Source: an uncultured Nitrospinota bacterium (GTDB taxonomy: Bacteria; Tectomicrobia; Entotheonellia; J063; CAVPRW01). From it: 64,000 bases of DNA. Each line of letters opens with the position of its first letter. Position 1 is the first letter of the stretch. The DNA lies in contig CAVPRW010000045.1 of the NCBI GenBank assembly GCA_963707985.1, positions 256,001 to 320,000 on the forward strand, given 5' to 3'. The notes under the pieces are model-generated. The model searched no databases, had not been told where the DNA came from, and saw only the letters and a program-made list of their open reading frames with translations. The position numbers and the translations under genes were made by a program. This document shows, one piece after another, positions 53,135 to 61,800 of the stretch.

Positions 53135-54034
53135 TCAAGATGACTTCATCCGGACTTGAACTTTGGCGAGATCCTCGAGCAGCAGAATGATGGCTGAATG
53201 GTCGCACTCGCCCTTGCCTGCAACCTGGAGGGCATTATACATTTCGCGTACGACGGCCGTAACTGGCAGGGGAACGCCAAGGGTATGTCCCGCTTCCAGC
53301 GCCAGACGCAGGTCTTTTAGATGTAGGCGAATCATAAAGCCTGGATCGAAGTTGCCTGCAAGGACTGTGGGGGCGCGTACTTCCAGCACACCGCAGCGCG
53401 CCAGCCCGGCGCCGATGGCTTCAACCATGAGAGCCGGATCCACGCCTGCCTTGGCCCCTAGTACCAAGCCCTCGGCCATAGCTTCGAGTTGCAAGGCCAC
53501 CATGATCTGATTAGCCAATTTGGTGTAACCCCCGGCACCGATCTCACCCACATGGACGATCTTTCTGCCCATAGCCTGAAAGACTTCTAGACATTGAGCG
53601 AATGCCTCTTTATCTCCACCTACCATGATGGACAGCGTGCCGGCAATGGCGCCTTTATCCCCGCCGCTGACCGGTGCATCGAGCATCTTCACGCCTTTTC
53701 GGGCGGCCTCTGCGGCAATGCGGATGGATACGTGTGGGGCGATAGTACTCATGTCCGCGATGATGCTGCCCGAGCGTGTCCCTTCCAGGACACCGTTGGG
53801 GCCAAGGATCACCTGCTCGACGTCAGGAGAGTCGGGCAGACATGTCAGAATCACTTCCGAATGCTCAGCTACTTCGCGCGCAGATTGACAGGCATGTGCG
53901 CCCAGTTTGGCGAGTTCCTCCACAGCGGCTGTGCTACGGTTGTATACGGCCATCGGGAAGCCCTTAGATAATATATTTTTGGCCATAGGGCGTCCCATGA
54001 TTCCCAGTCCGATAAATCCGATCCGCTTTGGCAT
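53135..54034 (-). CDS. 2-hydroxy-3-oxopropionate reductase (beta-hydroxyacid dehydrogenase, GarR/GlxR-like)
   Basis: IGFIGLGIMG, DMSTI, LDAPVSGG, GTLSIMVGG, KLANQ, KDL. Confidence 0.88.
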   Translation of the reverse strand: MPKRIGFIGLGIMGRPMAKNILSKGFPMAVYNRSTAAVEELAKLGAHACQSAREVAEHSEVILTCLPDSPDVEQVILGPNGVLEGTRSGSIIADMSTIAPHVSIRIAAEAARKGVKMLDAPVSGGDKGAIAGTLSIMVGGDKEAFAQCLEVFQAMGRKIVHVGEIGAGGYTKLANQIMVALQLEAMAEGLVLGAKAGVDPALMVEAIGAGLARCGVLEVRAPTVLAGNFDPGFMIRLHLKDLRLALEAGHTLGVPLPVTAVVREMYNALQVAGKGECDHSAIILLLEDLAKVQVRMKSS

Positions 54035-54107
54035 ACAGTCGTCCTCCCCTTCAGTTGCTCTGGCGCTGTCCGTCAGATGATGTTCGCAGGTTAACACAAC
54101 GGCTATC

Positions 54108-54821
54108 CTAGCGACGGGCCTTTAACGCCTCCACCCGATCCGCGAGACCCAACGCCCCAGCCCTCGCCGGGAATTGCTCGATGACCGCGGAATAGGCAAC
54201 AATGGTCGTCTCTACATCGTGGCTCAGCTCAGCGGTCCTGCCTTTGCCGACATAGGCTTCCATGATCAACCCCGCCGGCTTGGCGTCGATCACACGCTGG
54301 TAGGCATCTTGCGCCTGTCTGAATTCTCCACTGGCCTCCAGAGCATATGCCGTTCCAAGGGAGGCTAGCGACCACAGTAAATCGGTTGGCTGCACCTGTG
54401 CCATAGCCTGCCGGTATGCGCTAATGGCAGCGGGATAGTCCCCTTGCCGATAGCGCGCATGGCCGAGATAAAGCCAGGCGTAACGCCGCGCTTCCCCGGC
54501 ACCGACCTGCTGGGTGATTTGCTGCAAGCGTTCAATCGCTGCCGGTGGCACGGCATCCGTATCCCCAGCACTGCGAAGTTGTCCTTCAATGTGCCACAGA
54601 CTGGCGAAGGCATCTTGTTCGATACCACGAACATACACCAGCAGACCCCATATACCGATCGCACAGGCGACAACAGCCCCAAGAATAATCCCAAGGCTTT
54701 GCAGATGCTGAGTCGCGAAGCTGAGAACGCGACCCGTGAGCGTAATAAACTCATCGGGAGCCTTCAAGTCTTTACGGGTCAACCTCGCACGACTGTGAGA
54801 CCGCTGATCGGAAGCTCTCAT
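54108..54821 (-). CDS. Membrane-anchored TPR protein (YfgM-like)
   Basis: RKDLKAPDEF, single TM helix, TPR-like repeats (LGHARYRQGDYPAAISAY). Confidence 0.75.
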   Translation of the reverse strand: MRASDQRSHSRARLTRKDLKAPDEFITLTGRVLSFATQHLQSLGIILGAVVACAIGIWGLLVYVRGIEQDAFASLWHIEGQLRSAGDTDAVPPAAIERLQQITQQVGAGEARRYAWLYLGHARYRQGDYPAAISAYRQAMAQVQPTDLLWSLASLGTAYALEASGEFRQAQDAYQRVIDAKPAGLIMEAYVGKGRTAELSHDVETTIVAYSAVIEQFPARAGALGLADRVEALKARR

Positions 54822-54844
54822 TTTTGTCCTTGTCAACTCTCCGG

Positions 54845-55318
54845 CTACCATACAAATGGGCCGAAAATGGCGAAAAGCACCAAGAGGATCGCACTGCCGA
54901 ACACCATGCCACCCATCAATGGCCCGAGCCCTGGAGCATCGACGAGAAGTAACACACCGGCGAACAGCATCAACACCGCCAGAACGAGGCTGACAATAGA
55001 CATGGCAGGAATCGTAAAATCTCGGAACAGAGCATTCAGCGTGGCCACCAGCCGGTTGGCCGTTGACGGCGGAGCCTGGTTCATTTCGGCATCACCAAGA
55101 CGATTGACAAAATGGTGCCGGATCTCCCCCTCGTTCAGGGTCGGGTTCGGCCCCAATTTGAGGGTTTCGGAGCGAAAAGTCCATACCCCCTCGAGTCCGT
55201 CAGTAACTGGCTTAAATTCCTCATCAGCGCGATAGATGGTAATGAATTGCCCTGGGATCACAAATCCGACATAATTTCGACCGTTGATGACTGCTTGGAG
55301 CTCCGTCTGCTGCGCCAT
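54845..55318 (-). CDS. Hypothetical membrane protein
   Basis: 157-aa ORF with two C-terminal TM helices. Confidence 0.65.
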   Translation of the reverse strand: MAQQTELQAVINGRNYVGFVIPGQFITIYRADEEFKPVTDGLEGVWTFRSETLKLGPNPTLNEGEIRHHFVNRLGDAEMNQAPPSTANRLVATLNALFRDFTIPAMSIVSLVLAVLMLFAGVLLLVDAPGLGPLMGGMVFGSAILLVLFAIFGPFVW

Positions 55319-55569
55319 CGCTTCAACCCCACGTCGATGTCGTCAGAATATCCTGTAAAATACAGCACCCGTGGACTCCCCCTCAAGAGGGGAGACAGTA
55401 GTCAGGGATACCTACTGACCAAGGCTGATAATGCACCATATCTGCGTATGATTGTCAAGCCCAGGCCAGGAGGTTTCATCGCCGCAGCGACAGAAATGCT
55501 ACAATACCCGGAGTCATGGACAGGGTACCAGTGCGACACAAATCCTCTAGCCCAGGTAAGGAGCATCAG

Positions 55570-56298
55570 ATGGCGGGGATATTGTATGTGGTGGCAACAC
55601 CGATTGGCAACCTCGAAGACATCACCTTGCGCGCCTTGCGAGTCTTGCAGGAGGTTGACCTGATCGCCACCGAGGATACGCGCCGGACGCGCATCCTCCT
55701 CGATCATTATCAGATCGGTACGCCACTCACCAGCCTCTACGACCACAACGAGGTCCACAAAGCCCCCGCCATAATCCGGCGCCTGCATGAGGGTCTCAAT
55801 ATCGCCCTCGTCTCCGAGGCTGGGACGCCACTGATCTCCGATCCGGGCTATCGCCTGGTGCAACTCGCCATTGCAGGAGGGATCACGGTGGCCCCTATTC
55901 CCGGCCCTGCTGCAGTAGTTGCCGCGATCACTGTGGCTGGTCTGCCGACGGATCGTTTTGTCTTCGAAGGCTTTCTTCCCAAAAAGCCCGGGAAACGGCG
56001 TAAGCGCCTCGAAAGCCTGGGAGCTGAGCTCCGCACGCTGATTTTTTACGAATCGCCACGGCGTGTCTACGATGTCCTTGGCGATATGCAGGCGTTATGG
56101 GGCGACCGTCGCGTGGTCGTGGCCCGCGAGCTGACGAAAAAATTTGAGGAAATCCTCCGTGGTCGGATCACTGAGGTAAGAACTCAACTGGAGGAGCGCC
56201 CGCCGCAGGGGGAGGTGACGTTGGTTGTGGAAGGTGCAGTTTCTGAAGCTCGGCCACCAACGTTTCGTGATTCGGACGATCCGACTGACCTCTGCTGA
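55570..56298 (+). CDS. rsmI: 16S rRNA (cytidine1402-2'-O)-methyltransferase
   Basis: LYVVATPIGNLEDITLRA, EDTR, AGTPLISDPG, FEGFLP, FYESP, ARELTKKFEE. Confidence 0.95.
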   Translation: MAGILYVVATPIGNLEDITLRALRVLQEVDLIATEDTRRTRILLDHYQIGTPLTSLYDHNEVHKAPAIIRRLHEGLNIALVSEAGTPLISDPGYRLVQLAIAGGITVAPIPGPAAVVAAITVAGLPTDRFVFEGFLPKKPGKRRKRLESLGAELRTLIFYESPRRVYDVLGDMQALWGDRRVVVARELTKKFEEILRGRITEVRTQLEERPPQGEVTLVVEGAVSEARPPTFRDSDDPTDLC

Positions 56299-56716
56299 TA
56301 TACATGAAGCGGATGCGCTGCGCACGATCGATGATAAATGTGGCCGGCCAAGCGATGTTGAACGCCGTCAGACCCAGCCGATGATAGACCCCGTAGCGCT
56401 TGATCACCGAGCGGTTCAGATCGGCGAGGATCGGGAAGGCAAGACCCCGAGCGCGGGAATAATCGGCCACCTTCTCGACACGCTGGCCGACGATCACCAG
56501 GACTTCAGCCCCGAGCGCGTGATATATCGGGAGATGGGTTTGCAACTGCTCCAGTTGCGTTCGGCAGTTCGGTCACCAGGTGCCGCGAATGAATACCAGT
56601 ATGGCTGCGCGGCTGTTGAGAACATCCGTGAGCCGAATTTCCTGACCTTCGCTCGTTCGCAGCGTGAACGGCGGTGCCGCGTCACCAACACTGAGGGCTG
56701 TTCTATCCTGCGCCAT
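56168..56716 (-). CDS. Peroxiredoxin-like (AhpC/TSA redoxin) selenoprotein; UGA at 56573-56575 read as Sec
   Basis: GGAGG RBS; VGDAAPPFTL...ILVFIRGTW-TGA-PNCRTQL...FPILAD...PATFIID continuous in one frame; hairpin follows the UGA. Confidence 0.85.
56542..56558 (-). promoter_or_regulatory. Bacterial SECIS-like stem-loop
   Basis: mRNA GCAACUG-GAG-CAGUUGC, perfect 7-bp stem; the loop starts with G 21 nt after the UGA. Confidence 0.7.
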
Positions 56717-57041
56717 CCATCCTCCTTCGTCACTGCGACCCCATGGATGTATGCGGTATCGGAGATCATCATACGGTACCACGGGCGCAGACGCCAACAC
56801 CTTTTGGCCATCTCATCCTCGTTGCCCACCGTACCTGAGTATGCTATGCTCATGGCACCGGATGTGTTGGTCATGGGCGCGATGACTTGGGAAAAGATCG
56901 AGATGGTCAGCACTGGCTCGGCCAACGTCATATGCCTCTCCCCGCCCATCCGGATCAGCGGGTTTCGAAGGGGAAATCACGTGTCTTGTTGGAAGAGTAT
57001 GGCAGTGGGGCGTTGGTGGTGGAATAGTCAGGGGGATGGAC

Positions 57042-57263
57042 ATGCCGATCTACGAATATCATTGTTTAGTCTGTAATCGGGACTTTGAAAAGTTGGTGAA
57101 GACCAGCACGGTGGAGGTGGAGTGCACAAACTGCGGTTCTGAGCTTTTGGAGAAAAAATTCTCGCTCTTCGGCTCGAAGGTAGGGGATCGTGTCGATTCC
57201 TTTGGCCCACCGGCTGGAGAGGGGGGCGGTTCCTGCGGCTGTGGCTCCTGCACATGTCATTGA
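57042..57263 (+). CDS. FmdB-family zinc-ribbon protein
   Basis: MPIYEYHCLVC...CTNCGS and Cys-rich tail SCGCGSCTCH. Confidence 0.9.
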   Translation: MPIYEYHCLVCNRDFEKLVKTSTVEVECTNCGSELLEKKFSLFGSKVGDRVDSFGPPAGEGGGSCGCGSCTCH

Positions 57264-57508
57264 GCAGGTGCGCTGACTTTGCACGTGGTTGTCGTATTTC
57301 CCACATCCTGCCGGGCAATCTCAAGGAAGGCCTTGACTCTAAAACCTGGCGGGCAACTGTGTGTTGCCGCCGGTTTTCCCTTGCGCCTATGCCCGGCCAG
57401 GGTGGAAGTCGGTCAAGCCACGTAAGAAGGCACATTCGTGGCAGTCACAAGCTTCGTGGGGGAGGGCATGGTGGGATCTCCCTCAGGAGTCAGGCGTTAG
57501 AGGCGTCA

Positions 57509-59104
57509 TCAGCCACGCTGTCGCGCCGAGGTTCGTAAGAACAGGGTCATTGTCAACGACAGGAGTGAGCTCACAGCAATCGCCAGATAGCAGTCACGAT
57601 AGGCCAGCACTGCCGCTTCGTCCAGCATTGTCTGGCGTACCAACAGCATGGCCTTGGTCGGCAGTAGGTCCCACTCACCGGAGCTGGACAGATACTCTCT
57701 TGCCGCGATCATCGCTTCGGAGGCCCCGATCGGGTACAGGCTCTGATCTTCCGAGAATGCCAGTGCGTGGACCGTCTGCTGTTTTTCCACAAAAATTGCC
57801 GCCATCGACACGCCAAATGTGCTGCCAAGTCCATTCATCAAGCCTCGCAATCCGGATCCCATCATCACTTTCTCTTTAGGGAGCACAACCATAAGCACAT
57901 TAAGCAGCGGCGATTGCAGTAAACCGCGCGCGAAGCTCTGGACGACAAACAGCGACAGAATATACGTTGGGCTGGCCCACATATCGATGTGCGAGAAGCG
58001 GAAAAAAGCAACGCCGATCATGAGCAAGGCTATACTGATCAGCATACGATTATTGACCTTATCGGCCAGCCGTCCGGAGATGAGATTGCTGAACCCCCAG
58101 GTTAGGGCGCCTGGCAGCAGCATCTGCCCAGCTTGAAAAGGGGTGAGCGTCATCACGCGCTGTAGGAACAGGGCAATGAGAAAGCTGGAAGCGAACTCCC
58201 CCATGGTACCGATGAAGAAGATGACCGAGGCTGCGCTGAACGGGATGATTTTGAACAACGCGAGCTCGATCAGGGGGTGTGCCTGGCGGGATTCGATAAC
58301 CACAAAGGCAATGCCGGAGACGATGGCAATGGCAAACAGTATTTGGATATAGCGCGAGTCCCACCCCTCATGGCGTCCCTGGATCAGCGCCAGGAGCAGC
58401 GGGACCAGAAAGGTAATCATGGTCAACAGGCCAAATTTATCGAGTGACACGTAGCGCGGCCGACCACTCTTCGGCAAAATCAACGCTACCGCGGCGAGCG
58501 AAATAATTCCCATGGGCAAATTCATGTAAAAGATCATCCGCCAGTTGAGATGTTCGACCAGGTACCCTCCGATGGAGGGGCCGATGGCTGGTCCAACTGA
58601 GATCCCGGCCATAAAAATGCCCATGGCCAAGCCACGCTGGTTGGCCGGAAAAACTTCATAGAGCATGCCCATCGACAGCGGAAATAGCGGACCGGCGCCC
58701 AGGGCCTGAATTACTCGAAAGAAGACCAGAGAAGAGACGCTCCAGGAGAGGCCACAAAGCACTGAGCCAACGATATAGATGAGAAGTCCCACCAGGTAAA
58801 AGGTGCGCGAGCCGGCGACAGCGGAGACCCATCCAATGGTCGGCATGACCACCGTGCGGGTGACCATGAACGATGTGACCACCCACTGGATGGTTTCGAC
58901 ATCAGCCCGCAGGTTAGTCATCATGCTGGGAAGAGCAACATTCAGGGTGCCGAAATTGAGCCCCTGGGTGAGGATGCCCAGCATCAGAGCGAGGGTCACC
59001 CACCACTTATGCGACGGGTTGTCGGGTGATAACCACGAGGTCTTCTTCCCGTTGCCCTCCTCTGGCATTGCGTGAGAGCGCTCTAGCGCTAACTCCTGGG
59101 CCAA
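57509..59104 (-). CDS. DHA2 (EmrB/QacA) family MFS efflux transporter
   Basis: NVALPSM, QWVVTSF, FRVIQALGAG, GPAIGPSIGG, WRMIFYMNLP; many TM segments. Confidence 0.92.
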   Translation of the reverse strand: MAQELALERSHAMPEEGNGKKTSWLSPDNPSHKWWVTLALMLGILTQGLNFGTLNVALPSMMTNLRADVETIQWVVTSFMVTRTVVMPTIGWVSAVAGSRTFYLVGLLIYIVGSVLCGLSWSVSSLVFFRVIQALGAGPLFPLSMGMLYEVFPANQRGLAMGIFMAGISVGPAIGPSIGGYLVEHLNWRMIFYMNLPMGIISLAAVALILPKSGRPRYVSLDKFGLLTMITFLVPLLLALIQGRHEGWDSRYIQILFAIAIVSGIAFVVIESRQAHPLIELALFKIIPFSAASVIFFIGTMGEFASSFLIALFLQRVMTLTPFQAGQMLLPGALTWGFSNLISGRLADKVNNRMLISIALLMIGVAFFRFSHIDMWASPTYILSLFVVQSFARGLLQSPLLNVLMVVLPKEKVMMGSGLRGLMNGLGSTFGVSMAAIFVEKQQTVHALAFSEDQSLYPIGASEAMIAAREYLSSSGEWDLLPTKAMLLVRQTMLDEAAVLAYRDCYLAIAVSSLLSLTMTLFLRTSARQRG

Positions 59105-59414
59105 GGTCCGGACTCCATTCTAGAATCGATCAGCGCGGGTATCGTCGCCTGCATACTGATGCAAGGAGCGGCCACCACTTCTTTGCATGACTATTCGCCC
59201 GCTGGTTTCGAGGCAGGAAGGGGGATGGACGTCTAGAAGCCGACCGTCGCCATGATCCAGAGGATCGATCGAAATGATCACAACCGCTGGGGTCCTAGTA
59301 AAGCATAAAAGTTTGGATCGGTAAAGGCAGAAGACTGGAGCAAAGCCTTTCCCCATTTCGAGAAACGCGCTACAATACTTCGCAACATTACCCTTGATAA
59401 GAAAGCCCGAGACT

Positions 59415-60146
59415 ATGCAGGTACTGAGTACACTTCAACGGCAGATTTTGCGTTGTACGCAGTGTCCACGCTTGGTCGAGTACCGCACCCGTGTGGCACG
59501 CGAAAAGCGGCGGCAATACCGGCAGGAAGAGTACTGGGGGAAACCGGTGCCTAGCTTTGGCGATCCACAGGCGCGGCTCTTGATTATTGGTTTGGCGCCC
59601 GCGGCACACGGAGGCAATCGCACAGGACGGATGTTTACCGGAGACCAGAGCGGAGACTGGGTGTATCGCACCCTGCATCGGTTCGGATTCGCCAATCAGC
59701 CCACCTCCCATCACCGCGGCGATGGCATGACGCTGCACGATGCCTACATCACGGCTGCAGCCCGCTGTGTGCCACCGGATAACAAGCCATCCAGCGCTGA
59801 ATTGGCGGCGTGTCGTCCCTATCTTTTACGTGAGTTGGAATTGCTACGCCGTGTGCGTGTTGTCGTGCCGTTGGGGAAGATCGCCTTCGATGCGTACCTC
59901 GCGGCGCGGCGGGCACTGGGGTTACCACTGCCGGCGACACGTCCCCATTTCGGGCATGACACTGCCACGCCGCTCCCAGATGGCGTGCTCCTGCTGGCCT
60001 CCTACCATCCGAGCCGACAGAATACGCAAACCGGTCGTCTCACCCAGGCAATGTTCGAGGCCATCTTCGCGCGCGTACGCGCGGAATTGGACATAGACCT
60101 CCTAAAGCCTCAACCGGGGGGTATGTCACGGCATTTTGCACCTTGA
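59415..60146 (+). CDS. Uracil-DNA glycosylase, family 5 (UdgB-like, Fe-S)
   Basis: CTQCPRL, YWGKPVP, GLAPAAHGGNRTGRMFTGD, RCVPPDNKP, YHPSRQN. Confidence 0.9.
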   Translation: MQVLSTLQRQILRCTQCPRLVEYRTRVAREKRRQYRQEEYWGKPVPSFGDPQARLLIIGLAPAAHGGNRTGRMFTGDQSGDWVYRTLHRFGFANQPTSHHRGDGMTLHDAYITAAARCVPPDNKPSSAELAACRPYLLRELELLRRVRVVVPLGKIAFDAYLAARRALGLPLPATRPHFGHDTATPLPDGVLLLASYHPSRQNTQTGRLTQAMFEAIFARVRAELDIDLLKPQPGGMSRHFAP

Positions 60147-60171
60147 CTTCTCACCTCGCAGGCCCTACAGT
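60143..60171 (+). promoter_or_regulatory. Putative sigma-70 promoter for the atypical NtrC-like gene
   Basis: TTGACT, 17-nt spacer, TACAGT. Confidence 0.55.
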
Positions 60172-60332
60172 AGGTCATCGTTACACTGTGTACGGCCGCT
60201 CCATCTCGCTTCTGCATTGGACACCAACTACGCCCGTAACAGCGCTCGCAAGCAAGTTGCGGAGTGCTCAGGGAACACGACCCCTGGCGTTGGGAAAATC
60301 AGGTAGGCCAACCGCGTGATAGGATTCGAGGC

Positions 60333-61721
60333 GTGAGCACAATTCTCATCGCCGAGCAAGACCTTTCCCTACGCCAGCCACTGGCCGACCTCTTTCGTCG
60401 TTACGGTCACACTGTGACCGAAGCCGGCAATGGTGTCGATGCCACGCAGCAACTCGAATGCCAGCTTTTCGAGGTTATCCTCACCGACCTCTATCTCCCG
60501 GAGCGCAACGGCATCCAGATTTTACAAGCCGCACACGCGAGCGATCGCTTCACGCCCGTCTTCATGCTCATCGAGCCAGGGGAACTCTCCGCTGCTGTGG
60601 ACGCGTTAAAGCTTGGGGCGCACGATTATCTGGTTAAGCATCACCCAATCGGCCTGGAGGAAGTCCATCTGCGCGTCGAACGGGCGCTCGAATGCCGCCG
60701 CATGCGGCAGGCGATCACGTATCTGAAACGGGTGCAACCACATCTGCATGATTACGAACGCATTATCAGACAAAGTGCGCACCTGCGACGCCTCGTCAGC
60801 CGCCTGCAGCGAGACATTGAGACCAGCGCGCATGTTTTGATCACAGGGGAGCCTGGAACCTGTAAAGGTGTGCTAGCGGCGGCGATTCACGCCAACAGCC
60901 CACGCCGTGACCAAACCCTGGTCGCTGTCAACTGTGCAGCACTCACTGAACGGGCACTGGAGAGTGAACTGTTTGGCCATGAGCCCGCCACCTTCCGCAG
61001 TGCTCACACGGGCCGCATCGGTAGCCTTGACCATGCCAACCAGGGAACGCTTTTTCTGCATCAAATTGGCGACGTCAGCCCAAGGATTCAGGTGAAACTC
61101 CTGCGTGTGCTCCAAGACCACACGTTTGAGCGTCTCGGCTCTTCCAGAACCATCACTGTGGACGTACGCATCATTGCGGCCACCAGCAGCAGCCTGCCCG
61201 AAGCCATTCGCGCCAAGCGCTTTAGGGCGGACCTCCACGAGCGGCTTACGGCTGTCGCCGTGGAAATGCCCGCATTGCGGGATTACCCCGAGGACATTCT
61301 CCCCCTTGCAAAAGCCTTTTTGGTCCGATATCGCCGTCTGTTCGAGCGGCGCGTCAAGCGCTTTGACGAGATAGTCGAGAGAGCTCTCCTCGAGTACCAC
61401 TGGCCCGGGAATCTACGCGAGTTAGAGAGCACCATTGCACATGGGGTGGCCCAGGAGGAGGATGAGGTGATGCAGCTCAGCAGTCTGAGTCTGGGTGGGC
61501 GACGCTCCAGTACGGGTGAGTCGGAGGACAGAGTTGTTCGTCTGCCTCCCAACGGTGTCTCCCTCAAAGCTATCGAACGGGAGGCCCTGTTACAAGCCCT
61601 GCAGCGCACCTCTTGGGTGCAAAAAGACGCTGCAGCACATCTGGATATCAGCCCCCGCGTCATGCACTATAAGCTCAAGACCCACGGCATTACCCCGCCC
61701 GGACGATCTCCTCGACGCTAA
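60333..61721 (+). CDS. Atypical NtrC-family regulator (REC-AAA+-HTH) with degenerate catalytic motifs
   Basis: REC (ILTDLYLP), GEPGTCKG, AVNCAAL, ESELFGHE, ATFRSA, LFLHQI, WPGNLREL, Fis-type HTH. Confidence 0.88.
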   Translation: MSTILIAEQDLSLRQPLADLFRRYGHTVTEAGNGVDATQQLECQLFEVILTDLYLPERNGIQILQAAHASDRFTPVFMLIEPGELSAAVDALKLGAHDYLVKHHPIGLEEVHLRVERALECRRMRQAITYLKRVQPHLHDYERIIRQSAHLRRLVSRLQRDIETSAHVLITGEPGTCKGVLAAAIHANSPRRDQTLVAVNCAALTERALESELFGHEPATFRSAHTGRIGSLDHANQGTLFLHQIGDVSPRIQVKLLRVLQDHTFERLGSSRTITVDVRIIAATSSSLPEAIRAKRFRADLHERLTAVAVEMPALRDYPEDILPLAKAFLVRYRRLFERRVKRFDEIVERALLEYHWPGNLRELESTIAHGVAQEEDEVMQLSSLSLGGRRSSTGESEDRVVRLPPNGVSLKAIEREALLQALQRTSWVQKDAAAHLDISPRVMHYKLKTHGITPPGRSPRR

Positions 61722-61800
61722 GCGTTTCCCTCTCTCGAGACATATCCTAGAGGCGAAGCCCCTGATGCTGGCCCCTCTCCGACGAGCGGAAGGTGTTGTA

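Noticed and set aside
56720..56949. ORF MTLAEPVLTISIF... with a good RBS upstream of the selenoprotein gene
   Set aside because: It runs out of frame deep into the redoxin gene and shows no recognisable family; it may be a relic but cannot be supported.
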